Source of the DNA: a virus
DNA: 64,000 bases
Reading direction: 5' to 3' (one strand)
Virus record (IMG/VR): IMGVR_UViG_3300030098_003955
This document shows positions 41,547 to 50,768 of the stretch, piece after piece. The notes under the pieces are model-generated. The model ran no database searches and was not told where the DNA came from. It worked only from the letters and a program-made list of their open reading frames with translations. Numbering within the stretch: position 1 is the first letter of the stretch; every line of letters starts with the position of its first letter. A program made the position numbers and the translations under genes.

Positions 41547-42526
41547 TATCTCTCCCTCGTTAGTGTTTTTTCTATTTGTTTGTCTATATATGAATCAACA
41601 CCGGATTGCTTGTCTATGTAACTACTAATAGCCAATGATTTGTCGATAAACCCATCCATGCTCTTAGTCTTTGAAATGTAACTTGTAAAAGACTCTTCCT
41701 TGTTTAAAAATAGTGTGAAACTAACAATGTCTGGATTGTCCAGAGGATTCGTTAGTCTGGGTTGTAGGTAAATGTTTCCTACTATTGATGAAAAGCCTCC
41801 ATTATATAATACACCGATAGATGATATATTTGCCGAAGTTGTAGGATTTGAAGACCCACTAACCAGAGGCGTTCCAGTTCCAGAGGTGCTGGCCGAAGAA
41901 GAAAACGAACCTAATCCAGATATGTTTAGTTTCGGGATTGGTGACAAAGAGGCAGATGAAGAGTTACTAGCCTTCGCACCCAATATCAAGAAAGGGGTTG
42001 AGGTCATAGAGGCGCTGGACGAACTTGAAGAGCTAGCCGATAAGTTCAAAAAACCAGTAATTGAAGTGCTTGCAGAAGCAGAAAAAGAACTGGAAGAAAC
42101 AATGTTCAAAAATGGACTTGCGGCTACTGACCCAGAAGCAGACTTGGAAGCTAGTCCAAACAATACCCTAGTGCCAATCGCAGCTACAGAGCCTGAAGAA
42201 CTACTAGAAGACTTTCCAGATATGTCTAAACTTGGTGTTGGGGAAACAGATCCAGAAGATGAAGCAGAAATAAATCCTGCTAGTTTCATCTCAGCTACAG
42301 ACTGAACTGTAGCGTTTGAAGAAGCCTCAAACGTAGCAAAGAAATTCAACACAGCAGATGCAGAAGTGCTAGAAGAACAAGACTGCGAATGTTCTACGTT
42401 GAATATTAAAAATGGACTAGATGCAATAGATCCAGACGAAGAAACAGAAGACGATCCTTCTATCGTAACGCCAACTCTTGGTATTGAGGAGATAGGATTT
42501 TCACTAATTGCATTAAAACCAAGCAT
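41546..42526 (-). CDS. Serine-rich repetitive virion protein
   Basis: About 28% Ser by hand count; ~19-aa degenerate repeats; MLGFNAISENPISS N-terminus; C-terminal 10-aa (S/G)(Y/F)I(D/S)K repeats. Confidence 0.75.
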   Translation of the reverse strand: MLGFNAISENPISSIPRVGVTIEGSSSVSSSGSIASSPFLIFNVEHSQSCSSSTSASAVLNFFATFEASSNATVQSVAEMKLAGFISASSSGSVSPTPSLDISGKSSSSSSGSVAAIGTRVLFGLASKSASGSVAASPFLNIVSSSSFSASASTSITGFLNLSASSSSSSSASMTSTPFLILGAKASNSSSASLSPIPKLNISGLGSFSSSASTSGTGTPLVSGSSNPTTSANISSIGVLYNGGFSSIVGNIYLQPRLTNPLDNPDIVSFTLFLNKEESFTSYISKTKSMDGFIDKSLAISSYIDKQSGVDSYIDKQIEKTLTRER

Positions 42527-42575
42527 AATTAGCTCCTATCTGCTAAAACTCTAAAAAAAACAACCCTCACATAAG

Positions 42576-42584
42576 AATATACAC
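42576..42584 (-). promoter_or_regulatory. Putative late promoter GTGTATATT
   Basis: Variant of the six-copy motif, intergenic, upstream of 42526. Confidence 0.55.
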
Positions 42585-42608
42585 TTTTTTTTATACAATA
42601 TAAAAAGA

Positions 42609-43139
42609 TTAAGCTGTGTTTAGATGGGGTAGCTCACATCTTGGTATGCTGCATTTGTCACATATCTCATCCCATCTTTGAGGCAGGTCCTCAAAGTTAT
42701 AGACTTCAACACCAAGATCTTCTCCATAGACGCCCTCAGTGAAAAACTGCGTAGTGTGACTTTTCCAGTTTTCCGTTATCCATTCTTTGTAATCATCTCT
42801 ACCTACAAATTCTTTTATTTCATCGGAAACATATTCTTGCTCGTGAAATCCTTCTTTTTTCAAATGCTCTACCCATTTGAATATACTTTGCATTCTCTCT
42901 TGCATTGGTCTATGAACCGCAAACCTATATATATCATTCCATTCGCGTATGTAACCTCTTAGAGTAGAGGCAGTTTGATGTATCTGCACACGCTCAAATT
43001 GCTTTATGAAAGTTGGGATTGTACTCACAACTATTGGTATGTTCTGCCCAATGCAAGACTTCGCTATGGCATTTTTTATAGAGTGCCCACCGGTTCTTGG
43101 TATATGTATGAACACTGCTCTTCTAGGTAAGTAAATCAT
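42609..43139 (-). CDS. Sulfotransferase-family protein (Sulfotransfer_2-like)
   Basis: 5'-PSB-like VFIHIPRTGGHSI, 3'-PB-like FAVHRP..ER..S, and C-terminal FEDL...LPHLN. Confidence 0.75.
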   Translation of the reverse strand: MIYLPRRAVFIHIPRTGGHSIKNAIAKSCIGQNIPIVVSTIPTFIKQFERVQIHQTASTLRGYIREWNDIYRFAVHRPMQERMQSIFKWVEHLKKEGFHEQEYVSDEIKEFVGRDDYKEWITENWKSHTTQFFTEGVYGEDLGVEVYNFEDLPQRWDEICDKCSIPRCELPHLNTA

Positions 43140-43693
43140 AATACCTCACACATAAAACTAGGCCACCGTTCTATGGTAATACCTATCATCCTAATCTTTC
43201 CTTCTTGTATCTTCTCATTTACCGCCCTGACAACTCCGGCCTTCCAGACCTGCGCATTTGGTGCATAATCATGACCCATAATCAATCCACCGGGCTTTAC
43301 CTTAAGCAAAGAAGCCTCTAACTCTATACTGACCGGCTTGTAATCGTGACACGCATCTATATAAACCCAGTCTAGATCGTTATCCTGTAGAGTGTGTAGA
43401 AAGTTTCCTCCCCACTCTCTATGTGTTTCCACCGTGCCTCTTTGTACCTCTTGCGGAAAAAACTTTTTCACTAGATCTTCATGATCGTCTTCCCATAAGC
43501 TCGTATCTTCTATTAAACACATATTTGGATGTCTCTCTTTCCAAATATCACATAAATACATTTTGGAAGGTCTGGTTATATGCCAAAGATTTATTGCATT
43601 CATGCCTTTGCATACACCTATCTCCACACCCACTCCTCCTTTTGGCACATCAAGATACATCTCTTGAGTTGTTTCGTATTCTTTAATTTTCAT
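43136..43693 (-). CDS. Class I SAM-dependent methyltransferase (Methyltransf_24-like)
   Basis: GVEIGVCKG, DWVYIDACHDY and VKPGGLIMGHDY motifs. The likely start is ATG 43693 (AAGGA SD) rather than 43759. Confidence 0.85.
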   Translation of the reverse strand: MKIKEYETTQEMYLDVPKGGVGVEIGVCKGMNAINLWHITRPSKMYLCDIWKERHPNMCLIEDTSLWEDDHEDLVKKFFPQEVQRGTVETHREWGGNFLHTLQDNDLDWVYIDACHDYKPVSIELEASLLKVKPGGLIMGHDYAPNAQVWKAGVVRAVNEKIQEGKIRMIGITIERWPSFMCEVL

Positions 43694-43746
43694 GATTTTC
43701 CTTTTCAAGAACATGCAGCATATGGAATGGATAATTGCAAAACATA

Positions 43747-44763
43747 TCAGCTTGGACACACCACAAACTTTCCACTTTTTTCTTTTATTCTAGTGGCTTC
43801 TGCGATCTCGCTTTCTATAAAAAACTTGGCATGTGACCGTTTGAATATTTTAGCTTTGAACGTAGAAGATTCTTCGATGTGATTTTTGTCTCTTATGTCT
43901 TTCTTTTCTGTAGGATACATTTCCAGAAAACCATAATTAATTCCATACCTCTTCAGCCACGCTTCTGTTATAGCTCTGTACTTTTCTAAACGAGCCGTAA
44001 CTATCCCTACACATTTAGTCTTGGGAATTCTGTGATAAAAAGGCTCTACAGTAGAAATATAGTCTATATATTTATCTTCATCTTTGCAGGCCTCTTGTGG
44101 AACATTAGGGCAAAGTATTCCATCAAAGTCTAGTAGTGCATACTCTATGTAAGTACAGTTAAAAAGATTCCATTCTAATAAATGAGGTGCCTTTAGCTCT
44201 CTGGCATAAAAATCTGGTTTGAATTCAGATTCTGGCCTGACGTAGACGGAACAAGTATATATATCCTCTAATATGCGGGGCATGAAATTTTTCATTGCTT
44301 TGCCGTTGTAAATGGTGTCATCTACGACTAAAAAACTTCCATTGCTACCTTTATATTTTAACATTCTTATTCCGCCAAAACGACTAGCTGCGGAAAGAGG
44401 TTGAGGAGACTCAAGAGCATCTAGATAATACATTGGCAGATTGAGCCACATCGCAATCATGCTTGCTGGAAACATCCCAGATCTTGGAATGCCGATAACT
44501 CCCTTCAAGTTAAGGTTAGCAATCTTAGGGAGTAAAAGATCTTTGCAATCTTTTATGAGTTGTGAGTTTGTTATATAATCCGCTTCTAAGAAAGAGCGTT
44601 TCTCTCTTGCTTCCCTTGCTTGTTTCTTTTCACATGAAATTTTGTATTTGGCCCTATCTTCTGGAGAGGCGTCCCTACACCACTGCCAGTTTGGTGGGTC
44701 ATAAGTCATTTCTTGTTTATAAAAATTGCAGAAACCAGCAGACGCGCATTCGCATCTTTCCAT
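43747..44763 (-). CDS. Type I phosphoribosyltransferase-like domain fused to a HAD-family domain
   Basis: GIPRSG and FLVVDDTIYNG (PRPP loop); LLDFDGIL (HAD motif I) and IVTAR (motif II); N-terminal CEC...FC...WQWC module. Confidence 0.8.
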   Translation of the reverse strand: MERCECASAGFCNFYKQEMTYDPPNWQWCRDASPEDRAKYKISCEKKQAREAREKRSFLEADYITNSQLIKDCKDLLLPKIANLNLKGVIGIPRSGMFPASMIAMWLNLPMYYLDALESPQPLSAASRFGGIRMLKYKGSNGSFLVVDDTIYNGKAMKNFMPRILEDIYTCSVYVRPESEFKPDFYARELKAPHLLEWNLFNCTYIEYALLDFDGILCPNVPQEACKDEDKYIDYISTVEPFYHRIPKTKCVGIVTARLEKYRAITEAWLKRYGINYGFLEMYPTEKKDIRDKNHIEESSTFKAKIFKRSHAKFFIESEIAEATRIKEKSGKFVVCPS

Positions 44764-45585
44764 CTATATAACTCCTGCGGCGATCTTATCATAAGTTAAG
44801 ATGTCAATGTGTTCTCTTTCGTCCATTGGCTTTCTGCAATCGCACACATGGTCCACATTTCTAAGGTCGTCTACAGAACTGCCAAGCTCAGTTGTAAGAT
44901 CCCAATAAGGAACAAACCATTTTCTTTTCGCTAGCAAGATAGGCTCGTAATCTTCTGGTGGGCTTTCGGGAATTTCTTCGATGGCAACTTCTTGCCGGGT
45001 GTGAACAGTATCTCCAGACAGCTCGACTCTCGTAAATGAATCGCCGACATAGCTTCGTCCCGAAGTATTTATGGCAATGAAATGCCTTTTTTCAACGTCT
45101 GAAAAAGGAAAGTTTGCATGATCTGATTGCAAAAAATTTGTGTGAGTTTCTATGTCATTCCAAACAGCATTAATGTCTATGTCGTTCCTTTCTTTTGTGT
45201 ACCAGTACTCCAATCCGTTAGTTTTAAAAATTGCATGATTTTTACTTTTCAACCTGCGGCTGATGTATTTATAGGCGTTGATCCTTTCGCCATCTTGATT
45301 TGGTGTTTTGCTTAGTATATCCTGCTGGTTAGTTATTAGATTTGTCCTTCTGACATCATTTGAATTAAGCCTTTCAAACTTATATGTCTTAGTTCTTTCC
45401 AAGAACTTTATTAGCAATGGGTCTGCCGTCCTCGCCCCATCAGTAGTAAAGGAAAAATTTTTAACATTACACTTGTTTTGTGCGTGATGATAATAGATCT
45501 CATCCAACGTAAATGCCTGAACTATGTCACCATCTTTATATGAAGTTGGAGAAGGTCCATTATTTGCTTTTACAATGATTTCCAT
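44764..45585 (-). CDS. Hypothetical protein
   Basis: 273-aa ORF coupled to its neighbours; no motif recognised. Confidence 0.75.
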   Translation of the reverse strand: MEIIVKANNGPSPTSYKDGDIVQAFTLDEIYYHHAQNKCNVKNFSFTTDGARTADPLLIKFLERTKTYKFERLNSNDVRRTNLITNQQDILSKTPNQDGERINAYKYISRRLKSKNHAIFKTNGLEYWYTKERNDIDINAVWNDIETHTNFLQSDHANFPFSDVEKRHFIAINTSGRSYVGDSFTRVELSGDTVHTRQEVAIEEIPESPPEDYEPILLAKRKWFVPYWDLTTELGSSVDDLRNVDHVCDCRKPMDEREHIDILTYDKIAAGVI

Positions 45586-45593
45586 TATTTTGC

Positions 45594-46976
45594 CTAATCA
45601 ACAAAAATTAAAAATGACTCTGATCCTCCGGCGCTTACCCAGTCAGCACCTATACTCCAGTTACCAGACATCGTTTCGCCATCTATATCTATGTTAACTC
45701 CATTTGTTGTTCCAAGATCAACTCCGGCGCCAATACAAATAGAGTCAACGTCAAGATGTAAATCTTCCGAACCAGCACCTGTAGAGACAAAGTCTATTTC
45801 AGCTAAAGTTTTTCCAGTCAAGGCAGTAGAGTCATTTAGGCTCTGATTCATGTCTTCAGCGTCGTAGGCAGCGTCAGCAGTATCATCGGAAAGGTTGTTG
45901 GCCGAATTTACCGTAGAACTGGCATTATTTTTGTAATAAGCTCTTTCTTGAGATCCACTAAGCTGTGCGACTATATTGTTTTTTATATTAGTTGTATTGT
46001 TTGAGTTATTTGCAAACAGGATGCCATAAGCGTATTTGCTGCCCCCATTTGACTGTAAGTTATAAAGAGTATTACCGTAGATGTTAACGGTTCCTTGCCA
46101 CTGATTGAAGTTAATTCCAACAGTGTGGTCATTAGACGTTTCTACCCAATTGTATATGATGTTATTGATTACACTTATAGTGTCAGAGGTGCCACCAGCT
46201 GCAAGTGCTTGCATTGCGGTAGGGCCAGTGCTTCCGGGGTTTCCTCCTTTATCATGTAAGAGATTGTTTCTTATGATATTGTCATCATTAGTTCCAACAA
46301 AAGTTATTGCCCTGTTAGTATTTCTAGAGTCCAGACTATCTAAACTTATGTCCAGCCACTCAGCAGTCATGTTATCTATATTAATTCTAAGAATACCTAC
46401 GTTATGACCAGAATTAGCTGTTGGTTTCCATAAAGCTCCACTTTCTGCCGTACCATCATGCCTGTCGTCTTCATAGACAGAAAGAGTTACGGAAGACAAA
46501 CTTTGCTTGTTGTCAAAGTTAACAGTCGCATCCGTAAAATTAGAATCTGCATGTAGCTCACCGACAACATCGTCGCTACTTCCCCAATAGTCTGGGCTAG
46601 CATCATCTACCATAGCTTCAAACAGAGTGATTGTCGAAAAGGCTCTTTTGAAGACCATCTCTGCTTGATTTGGGGCGCCACTAGTGCCAGTTCCGTCGTA
46701 TAGTCCTACTGGAGAAGCGTCACCTTTTGAACCAGTGTCTGTCAAATATTTTAAAGTTATATCATCTCCGCTGATGGCAGTGACCAAGAACGTATAGTCA
46801 GATGCATTTCCACCACCAGCGTCTTCAGTATCCATAAAACCAATATCGCCAACATGGATACCTGTTGGAGTTGTTTCAAAGGTGACAGTATAAGAAGGCC
46901 CACTGCCTGAAGTAGTGGCGGGAGTTTCTGTATCTATACTTTGGTTTGATCCTATGCTGACTGTTGTAGTAGCCAT
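45594..46976 (-). CDS. Right-handed parallel beta-helix (pectin lyase-like) virion protein
   Basis: Asn ladders IIRNNLLHD / VINNIIYN / IYGNTLYN / IKNNIV and C-terminal DLHL...SICIGAG...DIDGE. Confidence 0.8.
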   Translation of the reverse strand: MATTTVSIGSNQSIDTETPATTSGSGPSYTVTFETTPTGIHVGDIGFMDTEDAGGGNASDYTFLVTAISGDDITLKYLTDTGSKGDASPVGLYDGTGTSGAPNQAEMVFKRAFSTITLFEAMVDDASPDYWGSSDDVVGELHADSNFTDATVNFDNKQSLSSVTLSVYEDDRHDGTAESGALWKPTANSGHNVGILRINIDNMTAEWLDISLDSLDSRNTNRAITFVGTNDDNIIRNNLLHDKGGNPGSTGPTAMQALAAGGTSDTISVINNIIYNWVETSNDHTVGINFNQWQGTVNIYGNTLYNLQSNGGSKYAYGILFANNSNNTTNIKNNIVAQLSGSQERAYYKNNASSTVNSANNLSDDTADAAYDAEDMNQSLNDSTALTGKTLAEIDFVSTGAGSEDLHLDVDSICIGAGVDLGTTNGVNIDIDGETMSGNWSIGADWVSAGGSESFLIFVD

Positions 46977-49900
46977 TATCTTATATCTTGCCCCACAATG
47001 AATCCATCAAATGCCATCGTACTACCAGCTGGATTTGAGACGCATACAAAACCAATAAGATCAGCACTTGAATTGGTTTCTGTTAAGGTTGGAGCAGTTC
47101 CTCCGGGCCAATACAAAAGAGTGTTTGTTCCGTCTGGAGCATCCAAGTCAGTCCAGACAACCGTGGCTTTTGTGCCAGAACTAGGCTGTTCAAATCTAAT
47201 CAAAAATCTTTGGCCTACTGTAGGGTTGGTAAAGTTCACAGCAGTGATGTCTTCACCAGATCCTAGCTGAACTCTGAAATAGTTACTAGTAGCCAAGTCA
47301 AGGGTAAGAACCATGTTTGGATCGCTACCAGTGGCCGTATGACCTGTAGTAAGCTTTGTAACAAGACCCTGACTGAGTGAAACAGTTCCTCCAGACGATA
47401 TTGAAATTGAATCTGCATCACTAGCAGAACCAATATTTCCACCATCTCCAACTAGAAGATTGGTGGTTTTTACTGTGCCCGTGCTAGGGTTGTAGGTTAG
47501 GTCTCCGTCAGACTCCAAGCCAATATTTCCGCCATCTACATCTCCACCAGCAGTAAAGATAATAGCGTTGTTTTCATTTTCATTTTCGTTATCTGTGATA
47601 GTTACGGTAGTAGCCACTGTTGCAGTATCAGCGTTACCTGTAACGTCGCCAGTTAGATTACCAGTAACATTAGCCGTAATGCTACTAGGCAATCCAATAG
47701 TAATCGTTCCCGAAGATTCGCCTACTTCTACTTCATTAGCCGTTCCCGAGAATGTTATTGTGCCGCCAAGAGACACGGCGGTAGTGCTACTTCCATCACT
47801 GACTGTTATAGAAGAGTTTGATAATTTTGCGTTGGCTATACTTCCTGCAAGCTGCGCGTTTGTAATTGTTCCACTAAGGCTTGAGGTTGGATAGTTCGTA
47901 GCGTCAGCAAGGTCAAAAGCTGGAGTATCATCAGATGCGCCTAAAGCGACACTAACACCGCCAAAACTGACCGAGCTATTTGCAAGTTTATCATTAGCTA
48001 TGCCCGATAAGCCTAAAGTTATAGTCCCCGAACTAGTAACAGGAGAGCCGCTGTCTACCTGAATGCCATCAGTTCCAGTGATAGCTACGCTAGTAACAGT
48101 ACCCGTCGTATCGCTATAACTATAAGATAAGATTTTATCTTCAATCGCGGCGGAGGTCATTATACTAGTATCGTTGTTAGCAAATGACTCAGCGCTAGTC
48201 TGTACAGCCGTGATGCCAACACTATCTACAGTAAGAGTTCCAGCAATAGTCACGTTATTTGGAAGACCAATAGTAATTGTTCCTCCACTTTCTATTACTG
48301 TTGTTTCATTGGCTGTGCCTGCGAATGTTAAAGTGCCACCTAAAGCTATAGCAGTTGTATTGGGTGTACTTTCGCTATCAGAAACTGTTATAGAAGAGTT
48401 CGCTAGTTTTGCGTTAGCTATACTTCCAGCAAGCTGGGCATTTGTTATCGTGCCGCTTAAGCTAGAAGTAGGATAGTTTGTGGCATCCGACAAATCAAAG
48501 GCCGGAGTTGTATCGGAAGCACCAAGGGCCAAAGTAACTCCACCAAAGTTGATAGAATCAGACGCCAGTTTTGCGATAGGTATTTCATCATCATCAATGA
48601 CAAAATTGCTAAAATCTAGATAGTAACTTCCTTCTTGATCATCTAGCTTATCCGCATTAAGATTTGCGACCTTCGTTGTAGAAGATACTGTCAAAGGCGC
48701 TGTTCCAGTGGACACGTCGGAGTTTAGAGTCTGCGCTCTCAGCTCATAACCTCCAATGTCTATATTGGAAGCTGCACCTTGAACTATAGCTAAATTTTGA
48801 GCAGCAGAAGTTGTCAAGGTTCCGGCAGAAACATCCAGCGTTTTAGTACTGCCTACAGTGACATCACTAGTAGCAATTGTAACACCGTCTATATTTCCGC
48901 CGTCTATATCAACACTGTCATGATCTTGAGTAGCAATGTCGCCAAGACCAAGAGAAGTTCTTGCAGTTGCTCCGCTCTCGTAGGCAAAGGCACCTGCGCC
49001 AGTAGCAACTACAAATTGACCATCAGATGCTGGAGCTTCAAGTGTAGCCAAGTCTACCAATCCAGCCACTTGGTTTGCTGTAAGGGCTGCGAGAGTATCT
49101 AACTGAGCATCATAAGCTTGTACATCACTACCTATCGCTACGCCTAAATTAGTTCTAGCAGCAGAGGCAGTAGACGCTCCAGTACCACCATGAGCAACGG
49201 CCACGTCTGTAGCTTGCCATACTCCAGTTGTGATAGTACCTACGGTCGCCAAATTTGCCGCAGAGGTAATAGAAGCTTGCGTTGCTCCTGTTACAGTCGC
49301 TGACGTTCCTGAAACATTACCAGTCACATTAGCCGTGATGGTAGATGGTAAGCCAATGGTAATTGTTCCGGCAGACTCTGAGACCTCAACTTCATTGGAG
49401 GTTCCTGCAAAGGTAATTGTGCCACCAAGCGATATAGCAGTACTGTCTGAGCCTGCTGCTACAGTAATACTAGAATTAGCTAACTTTGCATTTGCTATAC
49501 TTCCAGCCAACTGGGTGTTTGTTATCGTGCCACTTAAACTAGAAGTGGGGTAATTTGTAGCATCCGACAAATCGAAAGCCGGAGTATCATCAGAAGCGCC
49601 CAAGGCTACAGTTATTCCGCCAAAGCTAACTGAGTCATTTGCTAATTTTGCGTTGGTTATGCTTCCGGCTAGCTGAGCATTTGTAATCGTACCACTAAGA
49701 CTTGACGTTGGATAATTAGTGGCATCAGAAAGGTCAAATGCAGGAGTAGTGTCAGAACCACCTAAAGAAAGACTAACACCACCAAAATTGACAGAACTGT
49801 TTGCTAGCTTGGAGTTTGCTATAGAAGCACTACCACTTATGTCAGCATCGACAATGCTGTGAGACAAAACACCACTAGCATCTAGGTATACAGCTTTTCC

Positions 49901-50200
49901 AGCTGCATATGTACCAAAGACTGTGTGCGTACCGCTAGACAGTGTTATTTTAGTAGTGTCACCATTACTAGTAGCAAGAACAGTCGTGCGAGCAAGAGTA
50001 TCTGGGCTAGAGTCGGTGACAGTACCAATACCTATTTCCCAAGAGCCGTTTGCATCTTCGATCGTATAATATGTAGTGTTGCTATTGCCAACGCCAGACA
50101 CAAAGGTTTGAAAACCACTAGGGGCGCCAGCAAGATTAATTGTGCCAGTGCCTGTAGTGGTCGTGGTCTCTTTTACTCTGTCGGCTATTACAAGTGCCAT
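46976..50200 (-). CDS. Long Thr/Ser-rich fibre protein with internal repeats
   Basis: N-terminus ADRVKETTTTTGTG...WEIGIGT is a common phage fibre anchor; four ~54-aa and three ~60-aa repeats; C-terminal WPGGTAPTLT module. Confidence 0.85.
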   Translation of the reverse strand: MALVIADRVKETTTTTGTGTINLAGAPSGFQTFVSGVGNSNTTYYTIEDANGSWEIGIGTVTDSSPDTLARTTVLATSNGDTTKITLSSGTHTVFGTYAAGKAVYLDASGVLSHSIVDADISGSASIANSKLANSSVNFGGVSLSLGGSDTTPAFDLSDATNYPTSSLSGTITNAQLAGSITNAKLANDSVSFGGITVALGASDDTPAFDLSDATNYPTSSLSGTITNTQLAGSIANAKLANSSITVAAGSDSTAISLGGTITFAGTSNEVEVSESAGTITIGLPSTITANVTGNVSGTSATVTGATQASITSAANLATVGTITTGVWQATDVAVAHGGTGASTASAARTNLGVAIGSDVQAYDAQLDTLAALTANQVAGLVDLATLEAPASDGQFVVATGAGAFAYESGATARTSLGLGDIATQDHDSVDIDGGNIDGVTIATSDVTVGSTKTLDVSAGTLTTSAAQNLAIVQGAASNIDIGGYELRAQTLNSDVSTGTAPLTVSSTTKVANLNADKLDDQEGSYYLDFSNFVIDDDEIPIAKLASDSINFGGVTLALGASDTTPAFDLSDATNYPTSSLSGTITNAQLAGSIANAKLANSSITVSDSESTPNTTAIALGGTLTFAGTANETTVIESGGTITIGLPNNVTIAGTLTVDSVGITAVQTSAESFANNDTSIMTSAAIEDKILSYSYSDTTGTVTSVAITGTDGIQVDSGSPVTSSGTITLGLSGIANDKLANSSVSFGGVSVALGASDDTPAFDLADATNYPTSSLSGTITNAQLAGSIANAKLSNSSITVSDGSSTTAVSLGGTITFSGTANEVEVGESSGTITIGLPSSITANVTGNLTGDVTGNADTATVATTVTITDNENENENNAIIFTAGGDVDGGNIGLESDGDLTYNPSTGTVKTTNLLVGDGGNIGSASDADSISISSGGTVSLSQGLVTKLTTGHTATGSDPNMVLTLDLATSNYFRVQLGSGEDITAVNFTNPTVGQRFLIRFEQPSSGTKATVVWTDLDAPDGTNTLLYWPGGTAPTLTETNSSADLIGFVCVSNPAGSTMAFDGFIVGQDIR

Positions 50201-50230
50201 TTTACATCCCCATTATTGGAATCGTGGAGA

Positions 50231-50647
50231 CTATGCAAATGTAATATCTAAGTCGCCACTAGCAAAAATAAATTGATCGCCATTTCTAACGTCTCTTGGA
50301 GTCGTGAGGGCTCCGTGTAGTAGTACATTTCCGGCAGTAGCGTGGTCTGTAACAATCACACCAGAAACCATTCCCCAGTCACTACTAGCAGTAGGAAAAG
50401 ATATACTACCCATATTTTGGGTAGCACCGGCAGCTCCAACAGTTTCCCATTTGTCATTGTCTGGGCCGTGGGCTACTCTAGCATAACTACCACCAGAAAG
50501 TTCTTGAGTCACAGTGCCAGCCTCTAAGGTTCCGGCCACATAGTATTTTACTAGCCCAACATAAATGTTCGATGGTTTTGAGTATGTATCATCTCTAAAA
50601 AGATGATCTAGCAACTTACCTTCAAGGTAATTTGACATTGCCGACAT
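50231..50647 (-). CDS. Small conserved phage structural protein (fibre-associated)
   Basis: MSNYLE.KLLDH...ELSGGSYAR...ISFPTA..DWG...GNVL..GAL pattern widespread in phage structural modules. Confidence 0.75.
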   Translation of the reverse strand: MSAMSNYLEGKLLDHLFRDDTYSKPSNIYVGLVKYYVAGTLEAGTVTQELSGGSYARVAHGPDNDKWETVGAAGATQNMGSISFPTASSDWGMVSGVIVTDHATAGNVLLHGALTTPRDVRNGDQFIFASGDLDITFA

Positions 50648-50697
50648 ATTTTTGCTCCTCTATATATAGAAGTCTTTTAGACAGAATATTCTATCTT

Positions 50698-50706
50698 ATT
50701 ATACAC
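50698..50706 (-). promoter_or_regulatory. Putative late promoter GTGTATAAT
   Basis: Immediately after the capsid terminator, upstream of 50647. Confidence 0.65.
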
Positions 50707-50711
50707 CATAC

Positions 50712-50746
50712 AAAAAAAACCGCCCACGAAATGAATCGCAGGCGGC
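50712..50746 (-). terminator. Intrinsic terminator after the major capsid gene
   Basis: Minus strand GCCGCCTGCGA-TTCATT-TCGTGGGCGG followed by T8. Confidence 0.85.
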
Positions 50747-50768
50747 TTTTATAAACGTTACTTCTAAC

